A DNA stretch of 64,000 nucleotides, taken from Deltaproteobacteria bacterium (GTDB taxonomy: Bacteria; Desulfobacterota; BSN033; UBA1163). Below the pieces are notes generated by a model. That model was not told the origin of the DNA, did not search any database, and saw nothing but the letters and a program-made list of their open reading frames with translations. This document shows, in pieces, positions 57,546-64,000 of this stretch. The stretch lies in the NCBI GenBank assembly GCA_037444165.1, contig JBBIMX010000005.1, positions 2,679 through 66,678 on the forward strand. The letters run 5' to 3'. The position numbers and the translations under genes are program-made. Each line of letters starts with the position of its first letter. The first letter of the stretch is position 1.

Positions 57546-58193
57546 ATGAAACGAGTGATCGTAGTTGGACTGGGGATATTTGGTTTTAATATCACTAAAG
57601 AGCTCTTTGAGAATGGAGTGGAAGTGATCGCCATTGATAAGAATAGAGAGATGATCCAGAAGATTAAAGAGTTCTCCACCAAAGCGATTCTGGCCGATGC
57701 CACTGATAAAGAACTTCTGGAATCGATCGGGATCGGGGAAGAGGATATAGCCATTGTGTCTTTCGGAGAGGATCTGGCTGCCTCAACCCTCGTCACCTTC
57801 TATCTTAAAGAAATGAAGGTCAAACGAATTATTGTTAAAGCACCCAATGAAGATCATAAACGGGTCTTAGAAAGAGTGGGGGCTTCAGAGGTCATTATCC
57901 CGGAACGAGAGATTGCAGATAAGATTGTGAAGAGCTTGATTTCACCCAATATCCTTGATTATATTCCTCTTACTGAAGATTATACGATCTGTGAACTTGC
58001 CCCTCCTTCCGATTTTATTGGAAAGACGATTGGAGAACTCCATCTAAGGAGCAGATACCATATCGAAGTGATTGCCATCCGGGAGATTCTCCCCGAAAGG
58101 ATTCATTTGATCCCCAAAGCTGACTTTGTGATCAAAGATAGCGATATTTTGGTCGTCATTGGAAAGGAAAAGGATATCCAGAGAATCCGTTAA
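57546..58193 (+). CDS. ktrA: K+ uptake regulatory subunit KtrA (single RCK)
   Basis: VIVVGLGIFGFNITKEL Rossmann (RCK_N) plus RCK_C; 215 aa. Confidence 0.85.
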   Translation: MKRVIVVGLGIFGFNITKELFENGVEVIAIDKNREMIQKIKEFSTKAILADATDKELLESIGIGEEDIAIVSFGEDLAASTLVTFYLKEMKVKRIIVKAPNEDHKRVLERVGASEVIIPEREIADKIVKSLISPNILDYIPLTEDYTICELAPPSDFIGKTIGELHLRSRYHIEVIAIREILPERIHLIPKADFVIKDSDILVVIGKEKDIQRIR

Positions 58194-58216
58194 AGAAGAG
58201 AGAGGCGAAAAGAGAA

Positions 58217-59557
58217 ATGAAAATCGTGATCATTGGCGCCGGGGAGGTAGGGTTTTATCTGGCCAAACGACTTTCATACGAGAAACACGATCTGGTCCTG
58301 GTTGATATTGATCCTGAGAAATGTGCCCGGGTTCAGGAAGCGCTGGATGTGGGGATCGTCCAGGGGAATGCTTCGAGCCAAAGCGTGTTAAAAGAAGCAG
58401 GGCTCGGGTCTTCAGATCTTTTAATTGCGGCTTCAGGAGTCGATGAAGTCAATATCCTTGCCTGTATGATAGCCTCCAAGATGGGGGTCAAGCGAAGAGT
58501 GGCCCGGGTGAGAAATCCTGAGTATTATCACCCCTCTTCTGTCTTAAAACCTGAGGATTTGGGAGTCGATCTTTTTATTCATCCAGAAGAGGAGGTGATT
58601 GAAGAGATTGGCCGGCTGTTGATGAGAGCCTCTGCCTCTGAAGTCATCGAATTTGAACAAGGAAAGATTCTACTGGTCGGGCTTAAACTCGACCCCAATT
58701 GTCCGAATCTTAACAAGGCTCTGAAGGATATCGGGACAGAAGAAGAAAGGAAAAATTTTAGAGTGGTGGCGATGCTCAAAGGCGAGAAGACGATCATTCC
58801 CACCGGAGAGGATTATTTTAATAAAAATGACCAGGTCTTTGTAATTACCAAAAGGGATTATCTTCCACAAGTTCTCGCTCTCACCGGAAAAACAGACGAG
58901 AAGCTTGAACGGATTATGATTCTTGGAGGTGGAAGGATTGGAAGGGGACTTGCAGAAAAATTAGAAAAGAAGGTCGAGGTGACTCTCATCGAGTCAAACC
59001 GTGAAAAATCAATCCAGATTGCATCCCAACTGAAGCGAACTTCCGTCTATCAGGCAGATGGAACCGAAATTGATACATTGGCTCGAGAAGGGCTTCTTAA
59101 TATGGATGCCTTTGTCGCCGTTACCTCCGATGATGAGATTAACATTCTTTCATGCCTCCTCGCCAAACACCTTGGCATTCATAAAACCATTGCTTTGGTG
59201 AACAAACAGACCTACCTTCCCCTGCTTCCAGTCATTGGAATCGATTCAACGGTGAACGTTCGTATCGCCACAGGCAGTGCCATTTTGAGGTTTATCCGAA
59301 GAGGAGCCATCCTTTCTGCAGCGACCCTTCACGGAATCGATGCCGAAGCCATTGAATTTGAGATTCCAAAGTCCAATAAATTGGTAGGAAAACCCCTCAA
59401 AGATCTTGGGTTACCAAGAGGGGCCATCATTGCCGCAATTGTAAGAGGAAATGATGTGATTATCCCTTACGGAAATAGTGTGATGGAGCCTGGAGACAAA
59501 GCGATTGTGATCGTTCTCCACCAGGCCATCCCATCCATCGAGAAGAAGTTTTCATAA
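58217..59557 (+). CDS. trkA: Trk system K+ uptake protein TrkA (tandem RCK)
   Basis: 446 aa with two RCK_N/RCK_C units (IVIIGAGEVGFYLA; IMILGGGRIGRGLA). Confidence 0.88.
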   Translation: MKIVIIGAGEVGFYLAKRLSYEKHDLVLVDIDPEKCARVQEALDVGIVQGNASSQSVLKEAGLGSSDLLIAASGVDEVNILACMIASKMGVKRRVARVRNPEYYHPSSVLKPEDLGVDLFIHPEEEVIEEIGRLLMRASASEVIEFEQGKILLVGLKLDPNCPNLNKALKDIGTEEERKNFRVVAMLKGEKTIIPTGEDYFNKNDQVFVITKRDYLPQVLALTGKTDEKLERIMILGGGRIGRGLAEKLEKKVEVTLIESNREKSIQIASQLKRTSVYQADGTEIDTLAREGLLNMDAFVAVTSDDEINILSCLLAKHLGIHKTIALVNKQTYLPLLPVIGIDSTVNVRIATGSAILRFIRRGAILSAATLHGIDAEAIEFEIPKSNKLVGKPLKDLGLPRGAIIAAIVRGNDVIIPYGNSVMEPGDKAIVIVLHQAIPSIEKKFS

Positions 59558-59567
59558 AAGGGAAAAA

Positions 59568-61007
59568 GTGAGACTTTTCAACGTCCTCTATCTTCTTTCC
59601 AGCCTCTGGCTTCTCCTCAGCGGATTCTTTCTTCTTCCCTTTGGTTTTTCCATCTATGAAAGGGATGGGCTTCATTTTCTCTATCTCTTTCAAATGATCG
59701 GGATGGGCGCGCTAAGTCTCTTACTCCGTTTTGTGACCCAGAGACCCATGGAGTTTCAGATTCGGGAAGCCTTTCTCACAGTCACCCTATGCTGGGTGAG
59801 CTTCTCCTTCTTCGGAGCTATCCCATTTATGGTTTCGGGTTATATACCGAATTTCACCGATGCCTATTTTGAAACCATGTCCGGGTTTACCACCACAGGG
59901 GCAACCATTCTTAACGATATTGAAGCGCTTCCAAAGAGCCTCCTTCTCTGGCGAAACATGACTCAATGGTTAGGAGGGATGGGGGTTATTGCTTTGGCTG
60001 TAGCCATCCTACCCTTTTTGGGAGTGGGAGGAGTTCAACTATTTAAAGCAGAGGTTCCAGGGCCCATAAAAGATAAACTTTCTCCAAGAATCAGTGAAAC
60101 GGCCAAGATCCTCTGGGGAGTCTATTTTATCTTCACCTTTGCAGAGATCCTTCTTTTAAAAATAGGGGGTCTTTCCCTTTTTGATTCCATCTGTGTGACG
60201 TTTGGGACTTTAGCGACGGGAGGATATACACCGACCAATCATAGCATTGCTGACTATTCCTCTCCTTATGTCCATTATGTGATCATTCTTTTTATGTTTA
60301 TTGCGGGAGGCAATTTTTCACTTCACTATTGGGCCTTGAAAGGAAGAGTCCGCTATTATCTTTCTAATCCTGAATTTCTATTTTTTCTCGGAGTGATTCT
60401 GCTGACTACTGGGCTCGTTCTTCTGGCCCGTTTATTGAGAGGAGAGGGGTTATCCGAAGAGTTATTTAGAAACTCGCTCTTTCAGATCGTCTCCATCGTG
60501 ACCACGACTGGTTTTGTTACAGAAGATTATGAGAGATGGCCTTTTGTTGCCCAGATTCTCCTGCTGGCTTTAATGATGTTTGGAGGTTGTACAAGCTCCA
60601 CAGGAGGGGGAATGAAACAGGTCAGGGTGATGGTCGTCTTTAAGTTTATCGGTTCTGAACTGAAAAAATTGTTTCACCCTCATGGAGTCTTTCCCATCCG
60701 AATGGGTGATCGGGCTGTCAATGAACCTTTGGTCTTAAATATCATGGGGTTCGTGGCCAGCTACATATTGGTTTTCTTCTTGAGTGTGTTGGTCATGACT
60801 GGATTGGGCCTGGATATCGATACCTCTGTGGGTGCCGTCGCAGCGACCCTTGGCAACGTAGGCCCGGGAATAGGGGGAGTGGGCCCTGTGGATAATTATT
60901 CCCATATTCCTATCCTTGGCAAGTGGGTCCTTTCTTTTTTGATGTTAGTGGGACGGTTGGAACTTTTCACTGTTCTGGTCCTCTTCACACGGACTTTCTG
61001 GCGTTAG
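59568..61007 (+). CDS. trkH: Trk system K+ uptake protein TrkH
   Basis: 479 aa with pore-loop motifs (MSGFTTTGAT, LATGGYT, TTTGFVT, GNVGPGIG). GTG start. Confidence 0.88.
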   Translation: MRLFNVLYLLSSLWLLLSGFFLLPFGFSIYERDGLHFLYLFQMIGMGALSLLLRFVTQRPMEFQIREAFLTVTLCWVSFSFFGAIPFMVSGYIPNFTDAYFETMSGFTTTGATILNDIEALPKSLLLWRNMTQWLGGMGVIALAVAILPFLGVGGVQLFKAEVPGPIKDKLSPRISETAKILWGVYFIFTFAEILLLKIGGLSLFDSICVTFGTLATGGYTPTNHSIADYSSPYVHYVIILFMFIAGGNFSLHYWALKGRVRYYLSNPEFLFFLGVILLTTGLVLLARLLRGEGLSEELFRNSLFQIVSIVTTTGFVTEDYERWPFVAQILLLALMMFGGCTSSTGGGMKQVRVMVVFKFIGSELKKLFHPHGVFPIRMGDRAVNEPLVLNIMGFVASYILVFFLSVLVMTGLGLDIDTSVGAVAATLGNVGPGIGGVGPVDNYSHIPILGKWVLSFLMLVGRLELFTVLVLFTRTFWR

Positions 61008-61721
61008 ACCGGATAAATCCTTCCTCCTCTTTCCCGAAACGATGAGGGTGATCTCTCCTTTTAATTTTTTCCCTTTGAGTTGTTCGATGAGTTGACTCCC
61101 CTTTCCCCGAAGGATCTCTTCATATCTCTTCGTGAGTTCCCGGGCGAGAACCATCTCTCGATCTCCAAGGATCTCAACCATATCGTTCAGGGTTTGGAGG
61201 AGACGATGGGGAGATTCATAAAAAATAAGGGTTTCTCGGACCTCCTTCACCTCCTCGAGAATCTCTCTTCTTCTTTTTGATTTGTGAGGGAGAAACCCCT
61301 TAAAGAGGAAGGCATCTGTGGGTAACCCTGAGGTACTAAGGGCGGTGATGATGGCCGAAGGGCCAGGAATTGGGATGACGGGGATTTCATTTTCAATTGC
61401 CAATCGAACAAGGCGGTAACCAGGATCGGAGATACCCGGAGTTCCTGCATCGGAAACCAGAGCAATTCGGTCTCCCTCCTTTAACCGAGTCATAAGCCAT
61501 TGCCCTTTTTTTAACTCATTCCCTTCGAAGTAACTGGTCAGAGGGGTCTCGATTCCAAAGTGTTTGAGAAGAAGTCCGGTACGACGCGTATCTTCGGCAG
61601 CAATCAGATCTACTTCTTTAAGGGTTCGAAGGGCTCTAAGGGTGATATCCTCTAAATTCCCGATGGGGGTCGAGACCACAAAAAGGGTTCCTTTTTTAGG
61701 CTCTTTTTGGATCGAACTCAC
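60945..61721 (-). CDS. rsmI: 16S rRNA (cytidine1402-2'-O)-methyltransferase
   Basis: LFVVSTPIGNLEDITLRALRTLKEVDLIAAEDTR, SDAGTPGISDPG. Its 3' end overlaps the trkH 3' end by 63 nt. Confidence 0.9.
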   Translation of the reverse strand: MSSIQKEPKKGTLFVVSTPIGNLEDITLRALRTLKEVDLIAAEDTRRTGLLLKHFGIETPLTSYFEGNELKKGQWLMTRLKEGDRIALVSDAGTPGISDPGYRLVRLAIENEIPVIPIPGPSAIITALSTSGLPTDAFLFKGFLPHKSKRRREILEEVKEVRETLIFYESPHRLLQTLNDMVEILGDREMVLARELTKRYEEILRGKGSQLIEQLKGKKLKGEITLIVSGKRRKDLSGLTPESPCEEDQNSEKFQPSH

Positions 61722-61838
61722 CCCTTCTTAATATCATTTCTGATCGGAGGGATCAAGAAAGGAGGGATGCTCATTCTCTATTGATGGGGGAGAGGGGAAA
61801 TCCTCATGGAAAAAGGAATTCCCCTCTTTGAATGACCC

Positions 61839-63041
61839 TTATCCAATCTTAAAGACCATGGCTGCTCCCGTATCCCCTGCTGCACAGCCAGCCCATAGCC
61901 CGTAACCTCCTCCAAGCATAACAATCTCTTCGATCAATTCTGCAATCAACCTTCCAGCTGTGGGTCCTTGGGGGTGACCATAGATCATTGAATTCCCGTA
62001 ATTGTTCATCCAATCGATATCCATCCCCATCACCCGACTCATATAAATATCATTGATTGCAAAAGGGCAATGGGTTTTGACGGCTTTTAAGTCCTTAACC
62101 GTGATCCCTGCGTCCCGTAAAGCCATCTGGGCAGCAGGAACGGGGGCTTCAGCCATGTAACCTTTTTGGGCCCTTGAAAACCCGTAAGAGAGAATCTGAA
62201 TCTCGATCTTCGGGTCAGCAGAAAGCTCTCTTGCCTTATCTCGGGTGGTGATAATAAATCCACAATTTCCATCGGCAGGATGGGTTTGAGCCCCATAGCT
62301 ATGGATTCCTCCTGGTTCAACAGGAGCGAGCTTAGCCAAACCTTCAGCAGTGCTTGGGATGATTCCCTCATCCTCTTCGATAAGTTTTGTCTCTTTTTTT
62401 CCCACCCTCACCTCGACCGGAAACATATACCTTTTTTGAAAGGCCCGATCATTGGCCAGGGCATCTAAGTACTGGTGATACCTTCTTAAGGTCACCCGGT
62501 CAGCATCCTCTTTGGTGGCCCCTATCTTTTTAGCCACATTCTCGGCGGTTTGAATCATTTTGAACCCTGCCCATGGATCTCGATTGAAATTATCCATCAT
62601 CCAGTTCTCCGATTCGACTTCTCCCCCTGGATTGAGAGGGGCAGGCCAAACCGTATGGGGTCCGTTGGAGGTTCGATCAGACATAAGAGCATAACCGGTT
62701 TCGTAAGCCCCAATCTCGATATTGCTTGCTGCTAAATAGATGCAGGTGGTTGAGGTGGTACAGGCTTGATTGACCATCAGGGCAGGGATGTCTTTTTTCC
62801 CTTCTACCACCATGGCAGCCGCCCAGGTATGACTGTAAAACATGTGATGTTGAGCCACGGTGATCCCATAGTAAAGATAGTCGATGAACGTTGGATCAAT
62901 CTTTCGCCATTTGAACCATCGATTCGCCGTCATCGCTCCAAGGACAATCGCATTTTCATTGGCGAGGCTCCCCTGCCATCGACAGAAAGGGGAGGAATAG
63001 TAACCTTTATAAGGAATGAATGCTTTTGTCAGTCTGCTCAT
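61839..63041 (-). CDS. thiolase-family acyl-CoA acetyl/acyltransferase (divergent)
   Basis: Active-site equivalents VNQACTTST (Cys), THCPFAIND, YGHPQGPTAG, AGCAAGDTG. The start was set at ATG 63041 (GGAGGAAACG SD). Confidence 0.75.
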   Translation of the reverse strand: MSRLTKAFIPYKGYYSSPFCRWQGSLANENAIVLGAMTANRWFKWRKIDPTFIDYLYYGITVAQHHMFYSHTWAAAMVVEGKKDIPALMVNQACTTSTTCIYLAASNIEIGAYETGYALMSDRTSNGPHTVWPAPLNPGGEVESENWMMDNFNRDPWAGFKMIQTAENVAKKIGATKEDADRVTLRRYHQYLDALANDRAFQKRYMFPVEVRVGKKETKLIEEDEGIIPSTAEGLAKLAPVEPGGIHSYGAQTHPADGNCGFIITTRDKARELSADPKIEIQILSYGFSRAQKGYMAEAPVPAAQMALRDAGITVKDLKAVKTHCPFAINDIYMSRVMGMDIDWMNNYGNSMIYGHPQGPTAGRLIAELIEEIVMLGGGYGLWAGCAAGDTGAAMVFKIG

Positions 63042-63057
63042 CGTTTCCTCCTTCTTG

Positions 63058-63912
63058 TTAAGACTTATACCATCCCCCACCGGTCTTTTTCCCCAGTCTA
63101 CCGGCTCGAACCATGGACCTCAAAAGGGTGGGGGCTGACCATTTACTTTCTTTGTTGAGTTCCCTATATAGATATTCAATGACATGGAGCGCAATATCGA
63201 TCCCTGTAAGATCCATGAGTTCAAATGGACCCATCGGATAGTTTAATCCTAACTTCACGGCCTTATCAATGTCTTCCATGCTTGCGATCCCTTCCTCTGC
63301 CATCTTGATGGCTTCAATGAAGTGGGGCATCAATAACCGATTGACAATAAAACCAGGGGTATCCTTTTTGACCTCCACCGGCTCTTTACCAAATTTTCTG
63401 GCCATCTCCATTACCACCTTTACCGTTTCTTCACTGGTATGATATCCGTGAATCACCTCCACAAGCCTCATGAGAGGAGCGGGATTGAAAAAATGCATTC
63501 CAGCCACTTTTTCGGGTCGCTTGGTGGCCATAGAAATTTCCGTAACAGACATGGAAGAAGTATTGGTCGTCAGAATGACATGGGGACGGGTCAACTCATC
63601 CAGTTGTCGAAAGACACTCTTCTTGAGCTCCAGATCCTCAAAGATGGCCTCAATGACAAAATCCACCTCTTTCAGGTCTTCCATTCGAGTCGTCCCTTTG
63701 ATCCGAAGAAGGACCTCTTTCTTCTGACTCTCGGTCATCTTCCCTTTCTCCACACTCTTCATCAGGAACTTTTCGATCGCCTTGAGCCCATTTTCTACAA
63801 AACGTTCCTCTATATCCCGCATGATGACCTCAAAACCGGATTGGGCAGCCACCTGTGCAATGCCATTGCCCATCGTCCCTGCTCCCAAAACACCTATCTT
63901 TTTAATTTCCAT
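63058..63912 (-). CDS. hbd: 3-hydroxyacyl-CoA (3-hydroxybutyryl-CoA) dehydrogenase
   Basis: IGVLGAGTMGNGIAQV NAD motif, TNTSS, FFNPAP, C-terminal dimerisation domain. Confidence 0.9.
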   Translation of the reverse strand: MEIKKIGVLGAGTMGNGIAQVAAQSGFEVIMRDIEERFVENGLKAIEKFLMKSVEKGKMTESQKKEVLLRIKGTTRMEDLKEVDFVIEAIFEDLELKKSVFRQLDELTRPHVILTTNTSSMSVTEISMATKRPEKVAGMHFFNPAPLMRLVEVIHGYHTSEETVKVVMEMARKFGKEPVEVKKDTPGFIVNRLLMPHFIEAIKMAEEGIASMEDIDKAVKLGLNYPMGPFELMDLTGIDIALHVIEYLYRELNKESKWSAPTLLRSMVRAGRLGKKTGGGWYKS

Positions 63913-64000
63913 CGATTCTCCCTCCTCTCTGTCTCCCTCCTCATTTTTTAGAGCTCTCTCTTTCTCTCTAAAAATGACTCAGAGAGACCTGTTAAATTTT

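Noticed and set aside
63945-63974. 9-bp inverted repeat TTTTTAGAG-N12-CTCTAAAAA upstream of hbd
   Set aside because: It is A/T-rich, short, at the window edge and a single occurrence, so it cannot be distinguished from chance or from the terminator of an unseen upstream gene.

Overview
This is a densely coding 64-kb bacterial chromosomal segment with about 62 protein genes and 2 tRNAs. By reading both strands I found no rRNA, CRISPR array, transposase, integrase, or recognisable phage or defence gene. Most of it is housekeeping. In order: argC (3' end), DUF3047, mutS, pcm, tsaD, rsmA, clpB and tRNA-Val(GAC). Next comes the deeply conserved string thrS-infC-rpmI-rplT-pheS-pheT-ihfA plus a MerR regulator, then tRNA-Pro(GGG), surE, a bifunctional FBP aldolase/phosphatase and miaB. 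Further on are cmk-ispH-rpsA, truA, dtd, rsmI and a thiolase/3-hydroxyacyl-CoA dehydrogenase pair. The accessory-looking parts are as follows. (1) 20.1-34.5 kb: DUF47-Pit phosphate uptake, a transketolase-HAD operon, and a divergent HAD / ABC importer / HutC-type GntR / aminotransferase-transaldolase-like-alanine dehydrogenase locus. Three copies of one 22-bp operator-like motif tie these units together. (2) 38.1-43.5 kb: a string of poorly characterised enzymes (DHH phosphoesterase, ComB-like phosphatase, PNPOx-like flavoprotein, two DUF362-ferredoxin paralogs). (3) A divergent EF-G-II-type paralog and a Memo-AMMECR1 fusion. (4) 47.9-61 kb: an ion-homeostasis block with an 11-gene Mbh-ordered Mrp cluster (three NuoL/M/N-like subunits) lying divergently from tandem KtrBA and TrkAH K+ systems. 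A roughly 105-nt imperfect-hairpin repeat with a conserved asymmetric core occurs twice in full, in opposite orientations, and once as a half copy; all copies lie in promoter-upstream intergenic DNA. No single striking novel system is evident. The best candidate is the GntR-linked transporter/aminotransferase/transaldolase-like locus with its shared operator. Gene content (class V FBP aldolase/phosphatase, DUF362 ferredoxins, Mbh-like Mrp order, K/E-rich proteins) suggests an anaerobic, possibly thermophilic, deep-branching bacterium; this is inference only. All family calls come from motif recognition by eye, not database searches.
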